A stretch of DNA of 64,000 bases from Geosiphon pyriformis uo1 (Eukaryota; Fungi; Glomeromycota), in NCBI GenBank assembly GCA_016748015.1, contig JAAOMT010000073.1, positions 1-64,000 of the forward strand, given 5' to 3'. This document shows positions 12,875 through 24,539 of the stretch, piece by piece (position 1 is the stretch's first letter; each line of letters starts with the position of its first letter). The notes below the pieces were generated by a model. The model ran no database searches and had not been told where the DNA came from. It saw nothing but the letters and a program-made list of their open reading frames with translations. Position numbers and translations under genes: made by a program.

Positions 12875-14257
12875 ATAAATATACAAAAATACCAACAACT
12901 TCAACATTATATAAATACCTAATTGTTCAAGAAGAAATTATCTCAAAAAGAACAAAACAACATAAAACAACAATCAAAATATTTTATCAATCATCAAAAT
13001 ATACTGTACCGAAAAAATAGAAGAAATTCAGACCAGCCAACAAGAGTAATTACAGAACCAGAAAAAGAGACAATATTGTTCAATATGTACTCAGATCCAA
13101 CAGCAGGACATTTTTATAAAGAAGCAACCATGGAAAAAACTAGAAGAAAATACTATTGGCCATCAATATATTCAGATATTATTCAATATGTTCAAAATTG
13201 TGATGCTTGTTAGAAAAGAAGAGGAACAAAACCCAGTGAATTATTGAGACCAATTAAAATGAGACAACCATTTGATTGAATTGGAATTAACTTAGTTGGA
13301 CTATTAACAATTACCAATAGAGGCAACAAATATATTGCAATAGCCATGGATTATCTCACTAAATGGCCAGAAACAAAAGCCATTCAAAGAGCAGATGCAG
13401 AATTCATTGCCAAATTCATTTATCAAGATCTGATCTGTCAACATGGATGTTCAAAAGAATTATTATTAGATCAAGAAACTCACTTTGTAAACAAAATATT
13501 AGCAGAATTAAGCCAAAGATTTGGAATAAAAAGACTACTATCATTACTATACCATCCACAAACAAATGAGTTAGTTGAAAGATTCAATAGAATACTGTGT
13601 AAAGCAATAGCCAAAATTAGCCAAGAAAACCAGGACAAATGGAATTCATTTATACCATCAGTATTACTTACTTATCAGACAATGAAGCAAGATACTATAC
13701 AAACAACACCATTTGAATTGGTATACAGTAGAACTGCAACATTACCAGTTGAAATAGAGGTCAATACATATCCAACTAAACCAATAACAGAAGATAATTT
13801 CTAAGAAACATTGTTGAGAAGAACATATGACTTAATAAAAACACTAGAAAACAGATGACAAAAAGCAGCTGATAACATCCAAAAGTCACAAGAAAAGCAA
13901 AAAGAAAGACATGATAAACAACTACCAAATAAACCAGTTGAATTCAAGATTGGAGACAAAGTACTTTTACATTATACCAAAGCAGAAAAACAATAGAGTG
14001 GAAAATTCGACCTCAAATGGAATGGACCATTTCATATAGAAAAAATTCTAGGAAATAGAGCTTATAAATTAAAATGGGACAACAAAATCTTAACCAAAGC
14101 AGCACATGGTAATCGACTGAAACCATATCACCATACAGTATCAATATCCACCAGTAATATTTCACAATTAGGAGTACAAAAAATACTAGTTCAATCAGAT
14201 GAGATTCTACAAGATCTAGAACCAATCATAGTTATTAAACCAAACACATTAAATTGA
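12875..14257 (+). pseudogene. Integrase pseudogene in a separate ORF (HHCC, DDE core, GPY/F-type C-terminus, no chromodomain)
   Basis: AGH...YYWP...CDAC, MDYLTKWPE, YHPQTNELVERFN, WNGPF. Out of frame with RT-RH after a 31-nt spacer; 1383 nt, the same length as the element 2 copy. Confidence 0.9.
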
Positions 14258-14310
14258 ACAACCAAAAGTATATAAAAACACAGTACACACAACAAAAGCA
14301 ACCAAGAAAA

Positions 14311-14946
14311 ATGAAAATACCAGATCATATTCACACTATAGCTTAACAATTGTTCCAAGCCTTAAGTCAACAACAATTAGACATGGAAATTATTATTAAC
14401 AACCAGATAATTTGTTATCAAAACACCCAAAGAAAGATGAAAAATACACCATATCAGCGGCCACCAAAGAATAATAAAAACTGAACAAATAACTTAATAG
14501 AAAAAATGAAGAACACTTTTAGAAAAATACCTATTATGGCACCAACAGAAAAGTTTACAAAAGAAAATTGAAAGCAATGAATAGAACAACTTCCAATATC
14601 ATATTGCTATTACCAGTTAGGTCAAAAGTTGAATATTCAGGAGTTGTATATCAACAAATCTAAGAAAATATTCAACCAAGACATAATACAGCAAATTGAA
14701 GAATTTATCAGAAAGAAAACAAACTTAATACTATATGTTAAAACAATGTACCAATTATACAACATATTTCAGAACTATCCAAAAATACTATTACACTCTA
14801 ACATGGAAACCATAACCATTAACCAATGGGGAAGAATAAACAATACACAGATAGAAAATGTGAGAAACAAAGTCGAACAAACAATACTTGAAAAAAAAGT
14901 ACTAGAATTAATTCAAAATGAAGATTTCAATAGAGCTCAATATTAA
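14311..14946 (+). pseudogene. Extra 3' ORF of unknown function (~211 aa) in element 1
   Basis: ATG at 14311 is in frame with the 14629-14946 ORF; homologous in frame to 54093-54722; the stop abuts the PPT. Confidence 0.8.
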
Positions 14947-14959
14947 AAGGAGGAGATAA
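14945..14959 (+). other. Polypurine tract
   Basis: AAAAGGAGGAGATAA immediately before the 3' LTR. Confidence 0.85.
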
Positions 14960-15782
14960 TGTTACTCATAAAAAGAAAACAGATATAAAAAAATAGTAGG
15001 CCAATAAGAAAGTAGTAGTTAGCACATAAGCACATTGTTCAGCAATATGGAGCAATGTCAAAAATCACAGCACATCACTCAGCAATGTGGAGCAATGTCA
15101 AGAAAATATAGCACATTACTAAGCAATGTGAGCATTGCTTGAGAAATTATAGCACATTGCTTGATAATGTGACCAATCTCATAGAACCCAAATTATGTAT
15201 ATATAGTGGTAGTATTAGAAGTAAAAAAGACAGACCTCTTAGTTTAGATTTTATCTAAGTGACTTTCCCATCCACAAATATCAATAAATAATTATTTTCT
15301 ATTTTAAATTCACTCCTACTATCAATACTTTATGTTAATAGTAATTGATACTTAACCACACTGGAACAATAGCTCTTGATCATGGCTATTAACAGGATAC
15401 TAACTTGCAATTGCTTTTGTTTAAATTTTGTTTATTTTTTTTTATTTTTTTTGTTTTATTAAAATTGATTAAGGATTAAGCGCTGAGATACAGACATCAT
15501 AGAACTGGTAAAAGATCCGTAAAACAAGGGTAAAACACTCATAGATTTGAGAATAGCTTACCAGGAGAATTATCAGCCACTATGTTGAGAAAGAAATTTG
15601 ATGGAATTGCAATTCCAAGAGACTACTGAAAACAATTGTTAAATCTTTGTCTATTATATAAAACACTCTACAACAAATCTTCAGATCAATAAAATCTTTA
15701 GATATCTATGCCAGAGTACCACTCAAGCACCAAGTTATGGATTTGTTATTTGCTTTGAGACCCCAAATAATTATCTGTAGCA
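14960..15782 (+). repeat. 3' LTR of element 1
   Basis: Direct repeat of 5844-6666. Confidence 0.97.
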
Positions 15783-17910
15783 ATGGGCCTGAAAAATTAC
15801 ATTTAAAAAATAAATAACCAAACTGCCCATATTTTTCACAATAAACCAGATCTATTTTAGTCCAAAAAAACTTAATACTGCTCAGAATAAACTCTGTATG
15901 AAAAGCTAACTCCAATTTTTTTTTGATTTAAAGCCAATTATTGCATAGTGAATCTTATTGTCAATTTTAAATAATTGATTTATGATATAAGTTTTTCTAT
16001 TAGTTCTATCTAATAAAATACCAAAATTATAAGCAGTTGTTTTTACTAGCAAAATAAACAAAAATGACTTAAACCAATTTCTTAAAATCTAAATATTATG
16101 ATCTTTTATAGCTTTGACTATGCATACTGAATTTTTTCTAATTAAAAATAACCACTTTGCTACCAATTGATCTGTTTAAGCTAATTTGGCAAATTCTATT
16201 ACAGTTTTTTGTTACAGTCTAATTAATTATAAGCAGATTGATATTACTTGACCAAACTTAAAAAGAGCTGTGACAATTATTTTTTTTGGTATATTTATAA
16301 AAATTTTCTTAATAACTATGGCCTAATTTGAACAAATTTTTTGTCTCTTAACATTATTGTTTATGATGATTTTTTTTCTGGCCAATAATATAGTCTTTTC
16401 TATGCTCTTTTTTGATATAAATATTAATTAGATAATTTTTTTTAAATTTTAAAAGAATGATAGTCTCTTCAAAACCATGAATTATTGAAAAAATTTTCTT
16501 GAAAAATTAAGTTTTTTTCATTGCTAATTTGTTTTTAACTGCCAAAAAATTAATGTTTAAGACAAAAAACTTTTTAACAAATATTTTTACTTAAATCTTG
16601 ATTATTTTAAGATTAATTCATTTTTTGTCCAGAAAAATAGATAAGTAGAAAGGGAAAAAAACCTCATTATCATCTATGTTAAAGTTAAAAGAGCCAATTA
16701 TGAAATTAAAGGCAGCATTAATATTAATTTGCTTAGTCTTGAAAGTATTTGTTTTAGAATCTAACTGCTTTTTTTCTTTATTATTTGTTTTATAACCAGT
16801 ATTATCATCCAAAAAAACCACTTTAGAAGTATTTTTATTTGTGTTTATTTTAGCAAACTGACTAACAACATGTCTTAAACCAGCAAAACTTAAGTCTGTT
16901 TTATTATTTAAGTATTTTATTTTGTCAAAAGAAGCTTTTTACTTCTGTGTTAAGCTTTTACTAACTAAACCAAAAGCTAAAATTTGGGCTGGTCTTCTCT
17001 TACCTACAGAATTACTCATGGTAGCAGTTAATTTAACAACAAAAAAGTTTGTTTTTTGGAAAATTATGAAATATAAAAACAAAAAAAAACAAAAAACTTT
17101 TTTTACAAAAATTATTCTTTAAAGAATTATGGACATAAAAGATAAAGAAGTTTTAGTTTTTTTTAAGTTTTTATTATATTAAGCAAAAATATTTAATATT
17201 AAGTCTTAAAATAAATTTTGTAATTTGTAAATAATTTTAATTAAAAATTATTTGTTTAAAGTTATTAAGCTTAATTAAAAACCAATTAAAAAAAATATTA
17301 AATTTATTTAATTTATGTTTTTATTTTTTTATTTTATAAATACTATTTATTATAATATAATTACAAAAAATTTTAAAATAAATATAATTTATGTTTTTAT
17401 ATATATAACTAGCTATTTGAATTAATTAAGATTATATTAAATATTTACAAATTTAAAAACACTTAAATTAAATATGATTTATGCACTTTTTATATATAAC
17501 CAATTACTTAAATTAATTAAAACACAAATTAAACTAAATTAAAAAAAGCCAAAAGTAAATTTAATTTACTAAATTTATTTATAAAACTATTTAAATCTTA
17601 ATTATTAAAAACAAATTTACTTAATAATAATCTGGTTTTTTTAATATTATATTTGATATTAAAACTATTTATATATTACAATATTACCAAATATTTAATA
17701 ATTAAATTATTTAAAAAAAATGGTTTAATATTACTTAATTTATTTTTATTTATGATATTAAATTTTATTTTATTTTTTTTATTTTTTTATATATATATTT
17801 AATGAGTGAAGTCCAAATACTAAATAAAATACATCATTATATAATCTAAACTAAGCACGAATCATGCTTTTACTACACGCAACCAGCCATTCAGACCAGT
17901 CAGAACAATA

Positions 17911-20900
17911 CTAAACACTTATAAGAACAAAAACTACATCATTAACACCTGAGAAAAACAAACAGGACTTACAAAACCCAAAACTGATGCCAAATGCATC
18001 CTTGATATCCAACAACCTAACTACACTATCTGAGAGCCACTCAGATAAACCAGAAATAAAGATGGGAATAGAGCCATCACAAGGAATTAGCCCACACTTT
18101 TCCATAAAAGCTTGGTGTTTTGCATAGACCAATCAGATATTCTCCCAAAAAATGAGACAAAGCCCATGCACAAAGTCCACAATCCTTTCACACCCAACCT
18201 TAAAATCACCAAAAACCAAAACAAACTCATGACACCAACTACTAAACACAAAGCCCTTATACAAAGCCATGCCAACTCCAACCTTTGAAACACAAGAAGC
18301 CAGTAACTGCAAAACACATGAAGAAGAGCGAGACAAACCAGAAAGAGCCTTCCAAGCCAAAGCATAAGCATTCAGCAACTGAGCATGACTGGTGGCATCA
18401 TGAAGACAAGAAAAAACATGGTCCAAGACCTTGACATTACCACAGAACAAACACACCACACTGGGGTAACTCTTATTATATAAATGCTTGTGCACAGCAA
18501 CAGGCAATTGCTAATGGAAGGCTTTCATAAAATATGACTAATAGCTAGCCGTTTGCACAGTAGTGAAGCCAGCAGCCAAGTGAGAATCAAGATGCCACAC
18601 CATAGAGAACCTGGACCAGTTGATATTAGCATGCAAACTATCTACCACAATTCAAGAACCAGACTCAGCCTCTCAGCGAGCACAATGAATACCATAAAAA
18701 ACATCATAAACAAAGTGCCTAGAATTCCCAGAAACCGCAGTACCATTAGCACTCAGAAAACGTTCATTGATTAAATGAGGCAAATGCCAGACAGAGAAAG
18801 CAGCATCTTTGACAAGCACATTAGCACATTTATTGTCTGAAACACCAGAATAGCCCCTAACCTTAAACCAATTTACATTCAAATTTTTACGACTAATTAC
18901 ATTAGCAATGTGGCGACATTTGATCCAACAATGGTTTCTGAAATCAGGATAAACCAGCAAAGATTCAGATTTGCATGCATCTAAAGCAGCTTGGCTGTCC
19001 AAAAATAAGTCAACTACACAAAAAGGAGGAATACACTCAAGAGCCAAAGCAATAGCCTGCAATTCTACCAGAATAGAAAAAACCAAACCAGACACCCCTA
19101 CACCCAAACCTGCATTAATGTCTTCAAAGAAAGCAGCAGCACCTGCCTTTATGCCAACAGTATCCAGACCACTTAAAGAACCATCTGTATATACAGAGAG
19201 GTGAGCCACATCAGCATCCAACAGCTTGTTATATACAACACCAAAACCATGAGATTGACAAACATCAGAACCAGCATGAACATTCTCAAAGGAGAAACAA
19301 ACAGAAAAAGAACCAACATTGCCAAGAAAGCGAACAGATAGATCAAACCAGAAAGGGATTGGGCCACAAAAATCCAGCCTCTTCCAATGTTTAAAGGTGC
19401 TCCAGCTGAAAACACCACCAGTGCAGTCACGCAGTTGGTTCACAAAAGCAATTTCATAATGCCTAAGTGAAGACACACATCTGACAAAACAAGGTTCACC
19501 AAGAACCTGACATATGGGCATACCATTCTGGATGCAAAAAGCACTAGCCAGAGAGCCACCCAAAGACAGATCACAATCAGAAAAAATACAAACTACACCT
19601 GCCAAAAAATTATTTGAGGGGCTGACACCAACACAAGCCGGAAACAGCAAAGGATAACAAGGATGCCAGCTGAGGACCTGGAGATTATGAGACTTGTAAG
19701 AAAACAAATGACCCAAAATACCAACCAAATTCGTGAAAGCAACAACAGAGGCTGATTTACTCTCAACCTGCACTTGTTCAAAAGACTTTAAATTATACAA
19801 TGAAGAATGTTAAAGCACATCATTGGGGAAATCATGGGGCAGTCCAGACTTTGATTTCAAGACCTTGTGCAGCAGAGCATCTTATTTATTACAAACACCA
19901 ACTGGAATAAAGCTGAATTGAGTCCTGTAACTGACGATGGGAAAAAGAACTGCAGACACCAAATACACAAACTGTTTGTCAAAAACTGCTTTCTTTAAAA
20001 CCAGGTTCACAAAAAAATGGACATCTGACTGAGCTTTAGCCAGACTAGGCTTTGAAAGACCCTCAGAAGACAAAAAAATACCCAGGTAATGATGAGGTTC
20101 TCCCTTCTTGGTAACAGAAATAGGTGAACTACTGACAGTCAAATGAGACATAACAACCCAGCAGTTGATAGGAATGACAACAGTCTTATCATTATTAATC
20201 AAAATGTCATTTAACTTAAAGAATTTACTGGCAACATTGAGGATATGCTGTGTGGCAGCCTGGCTGCTACTGACCCAAATTGTATCATCAACAAAAACAC
20301 CAGCAGCCAGAAATGACATTAGCTCAGCTTAAGATTCTACCCAGCCAGTTTTGGAAATAAAATGCAAATTTAATCTGTAACCACACATGCTTTTCTGCCT
20401 TTTAACCTCACACAAAAGTAAATCATAAAATATGTGCCAAAGAAGTGGCGAAAAAACCTCCCCTTGGTCCAAACCATCATAAACTTGGTAATCATTAGTC
20501 AAGCCAAAATCAGTTATCACTCGGTTATAATAATTATTGTGAATGCTACCAAAAAATCAAACAAACTTGTCACACATCTTGATCCTAACCAAACTTCTTC
20601 TAAGATGTTCCCAACCAACAGAATTGTACACCTTATGTATATCCTGTAAAACCAGCCACAGCTTCCAGTTTTTTTCCAAAGCATCCTCGATTACAGAACC
20701 AATGGTAAAAATAGGTGATTGTGTGGTTGTGTTTTTTAGCACAAAAAAATTGTCTCTGTGGAGAACATCAAATACACTACAAGCTGAAGATATCCTGTCC
20801 GAAAGTATCTTAGAAAGTACTTTGCAAGCTGTTTTGATCAAAGCAATAGGATGCGTATTTGTAAGAACCCCCTCCTATTCATATGGTTTTGGAATCATTG

Positions 20901-22598
20901 AGATCTAAGCTTCCCTTCAAGGCCCAGACACTAACTCACTAACCAAGCAAAAGTTCAAAAGCACTAAAAGCATATCTAAAACCAATTTATCACAATGCTT
21001 CCACAATTCATTCGAGATGCCAGAGAGACCTGCTGCTTTCTCATTAGGCAAACCCAAGACCACATCAAACATTTCATCAAAACCAATAGGACTCATCATG
21101 TTAAAAAAGTCATCATCAAAAACATAATTTAAAGACTAAAATTGGGAAACCCAATCATCAAAGATATCAGTTACTATCACACGCTTCCTGGTCCAACTCT
21201 TCATAATTTCATCCACCTTAGATTTAACCAAATCAGGCTCTAGCACCAGCTTATTATCCACAACCAGATAATCCAACACCACCTTATAGAAAGAATGTTC
21301 TAGCACACTTCTGATAGTACGACTCTTGTCTAACTCAAAGCTCTCCATTCTTTTATTAATGGCCTGCTTGATACAGAAATCTTCAGCACATTTGAATTCT
21401 ACCAATTTGGATGAATGGTAAAATTTCTTTGCCTTTACCAGAGCAGAGCAAATAACATCAAAATTAGAACCTGAAAGAAAGAGAGACCTTACTGTTGATG
21501 CACCAGCAGAGTCAAAAACACACCATATATCCAAAAGCAATACAAAATTGACATCAGAAATCAAATGAGATGCCTTCACCAGCTTGGAAACCAGCAGTTC
21601 CAGCTTATGAAACCAAGAAAAAACTTTGGTGTACACACTATCAAAACCCTTAAACCATTTTTTTTTGAAAGCCCCATCTGCCGAAAGAACCATAATCTTT
21701 TGAACAATGCTCCACATCACATCCAGATCAGAAAATCTCCTGGCTGAAGAAAACTCATTCAAGAACATGGCAGTATTGGCCACTGTAAACATCTTAAATT
21801 CACGTCATTTAACATCATTTGCAGATTTGACATCAAATTTCCAATGATCCTTATTCACCTGTTTGTGCAGCAAATTCAATTAAACATTGAGCAAACCACC
21901 AACACCCACAGAGACAGAAACAGCCTTGTGATCAATATCAAAATAATCCACAACATCATCTATACCATGATCCACCATAGCATTAACAAGATTTGAGGAA
22001 ACAAACACATAGTCAATTGTCTTAGCAACACCACAAGAATTACACCAGATGGGTGTCTTTGCAAAAAGGCTCCCACCCAAAGAATTCATCAAACCTAAAT
22101 CAAAACATTTCCTGAAGCTAGTACTCTTGTGAAATCCATCTTCGTTGAAATTGCCACCTAAGATAACGAAAGAAGATTCATTTACAGCCCTTGCAATTCA
22201 AGAATTAACATCGTCTACCTGAAAAAAACGTACTGCCAAAGACACTCTAGTGTACAGACCCAAGATTGATACAAATAATTTATTTTTGAAGAGCAACTTA
22301 ATAGAAAAAAGTCTGCCAGGAATCTCTGAGACCTTACTTACATGCCGAGCTAAAGAATTGTCCATAATAATTGCCACACTAGCACCCAAATGACCAGCAT
22401 CCAAACCCAAAGTGAAACCCAAACCCCATCAAATTTGTTCATGATTTAAGGACAGATCTTACCTTTCAGCTTAGTTTCAGTAACAATAGAAACCAAATTG
22501 CCCATTTCTAAATGCCAACAAACAATGTCATTCTGCTTTGCAGAATTGTTCATGCCCCGAACATTACACATCACAATTTTCTAGACAAAACTACTCAT
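17911..22598 (-). pseudogene. LINE B ORF2: apurinic endonuclease, reverse transcriptase, RNase H, C-terminal Cys/His motif
   Basis: CNVRG/ETKL/GGNFN/IDYVF/DHKAV (APE); GLDQGEVFSPLLW and FVDD (RT); VYTDGS, ELQAI, DSQ, WFKVRGYSG (RNase H); CLFCG...DHVFSC. Interrupted by stops. Confidence 0.92.
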
Positions 22599-24394
22599 TG
22601 AAAAAGAAGTAAGGAGGAAGTATTGCCAGTCAAAACCAAACCATCAAAGCAAGCAGTCAAACTAAAAATGGATTTAGAAAGGCCTTCCAACATGTTCTCT
22701 AACTTGATAATGTGGGGGGATACCAAAAAATCCAAAGTCATAGTAGTCTTGCCACTAATGGCCTTATTTGAGCCCACTCTTATCACTATATCCTCTCCTT
22801 GATTTTGTGATGGGAGGGTCACCGGTGGCTGACATCCAGGGCTAGGTTAAGGAACTGCCAGCACAAATAAATTCAACTTCTTAGCCAATTCACCAATCTG
22901 TTTCACAAGGCTGACGAGACTGCTCTCAATGCTAATCAAACATTTTTCCAAATCATCTACAGCAAAAGGGAGCAGTACATCATTTTTTATGGAACCAAGT
23001 TGAGAATCATAACCAAAAAAATCATTCGAAGAAGAAGAACCAACCACTAACACCCAGGTCTTACCACCAAAAGCCAACAGACAGGAGATAGGTGCTGACT
23101 TCTTTTCATAAATTTTAGCCAATCTAAACCAATCTTGAGCTGAGAGAAGGGCTCTTTTGCTCTTAGGATTAGAAGACACACCTGCCAACTTACAAACTGA
23201 AATTGAGTGACCAAAAGAATTGCAACCAGAGCACAAAGGGATAACCAGACATGACTAGTAGAGACCAATGCTTTTTATTACTGGTGTATTGGCCACTGCC
23301 TGAGTTATGTTATCTTCAAAAACAAAACACACAGTGGCACAGTGTGCACGAGTATAATTGACAGAATTGCAGTCGATGATGCATGTTTTCCCACCAATGG
23401 AACCAAGAAAATCCCACAGATTATGTGTATTGGTTCTCACAGGGAGAGTGTAAAGCAAAGCCTTAAACCTGTCTCTAAAGTTCCATGTTTGTTTGTCAAC
23501 ATCAGTCTTGGCCACATATACTGCATCTTTCCCAATGAAGATAGACCATTTGGATGCCAAGAGATCAGCCTGAATTTGATTTCCCAAAATGATAATTGCC
23601 TTTTGCCACAAACCCACCAATTGCATTTTGATCAACTCAATTACTTCAAATTCGGAAACAGCCACACACACTGCCTCAATAGATGTTCCCACAGGAATTT
23701 TCCTAATCACAACTGACTGATTTGTGTGAATGTTGCCAAGGTGCTTAAGATTAGTGTTTATCACAACACTATGATTATGAGCCAATTTTCCCGCAGTCAT
23801 CATCGCCGATTCAGAAGTGAATGTAGCTCGAATGATTCTACCAAATTTTGAGGAAGTAAAAGCCCCCCCAAAATCATTCACACCTAAAAAAATTTTTCTG
23901 ATAAAACTCAATTTTTTCTGAGAAAACTTCCTAGCAATGGCCACAAGATTAATATCTAAAGCAAAGAATTTGTGAACAGACACCTGAACGGATGGCTTGA
24001 TAAGAAGAGGGGGTGGAAGAAGAAAGAAATCATTCAACACATCATTTTTTGCATTGACAGTATTATAATTAATTACACTCAGTGGCTTTCTTAATACTTT
24101 CTTGATTTTTACACACAAACTTTTTGGTGTATGATCAGAATCTCCTTTCATGAAAGTACCACTTTCACCATAGTCAACACTGGTTTCTTCAACCAAGCAC
24201 TTTTTCTCCATGTCAATACTCTTAGACTCTATAGTGTCACCAGTCTCAGAACCTCATGAACAAGCACCAGAAGCTTTAGCAGCAACCCTTTTATTATCAA
24301 TACTCTTTTCCAATATATCTTCCTTCCTTTTCTTCCTTGATGCAACAGCCTTGAAACCATCTTCAGAACCAAAATCTTTAATAGTCTTCTTTAT
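22595..24394 (-). pseudogene. LINE B ORF1 (gag-like nucleic-acid chaperone with CCHC knuckle)
   Basis: In-frame ORF fragments 23255-24211, 22847-23236 (CSGCNSFGHSISVC) and 22595-22822; the start is approximate (ATA at 24394, probably a mutated ATG). Confidence 0.85.
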
Positions 24395-24539
24395 AACAGC
24401 AATAACAAGACCAACAATGGCCTCAAAATCAAAAAACGGTTTGGTTTTATCGTACTGAATGTTGAAAAAACTTCTTTCAAAAAAAACTTTTGACTCTTTT
24501 TGGGAATTTGGGATGAACGAGAGAAAGAAGTTTTTTTAA

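Larger units (their letters stand above)
5844..15782 (+). mobile_element. Full-length Ty3/Gypsy LTR retrotransposon with dUTPase (element 1), inactivated by point mutations
   Basis: Two 823-bp LTRs with TGTTAC...GTAACA/GTAGCA ends, perfect ATGG TSD (5840-5843 and 15783-15786), PBS, PPT, and PR-RT-RH-IN domain order. Confidence 0.97.
587..17155 (-). mobile_element. LINE A: heavily degenerated L1-like non-LTR retrotransposon, interrupted by a solo LTR (2070-3104) and a full Gypsy element (5844-15782)
   Basis: Minus-strand remnants are collinear with LINE B: ORF1 zinc knuckle CEKYGQFGY (15.8 kb), ORF1/ORF2 junction at ~5157, endonuclease-like ...SGDFN (4.7 kb), RT ITDFG..DQGEVFSPLLW split at 2070/3104, and the family 5' end AAAACTTCTTT at ~17150. 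Confidence 0.8.
17765..24538 (-). mobile_element. LINE B: full-length L1-like non-LTR retrotransposon with RNase H (mutated)
   Basis: 5' hairpin end at ~24538, ORF1, ORF2 (APE-RT-RNaseH-CCHC), conserved 3' UTR and A-rich tail at ~17765-17800. Confidence 0.93.

Noticed and set aside
13950-14257. Chromodomain at the integrase C-terminus
   Set aside because: Only a GPY/F-type module and a short tail are present; no chromodomain aromatic-cage motif was seen.
6690-14946. Alternative genetic code or stop readthrough explaining the many in-frame stops
   Set aside because: Stop positions mostly differ between the two elements and derive from CAA/CAG/CGA/TGG transitions; host genes use the standard code.
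14311-14946. env gene
   Set aside because: No signal peptide, transmembrane segment or furin site is visible.
18553-24458. Plus-strand ORFs over LINE B, and antisense ORFs over the Gypsy elements and host genes
   Set aside because: Shadows of the real coding strand with no recognisable motifs.
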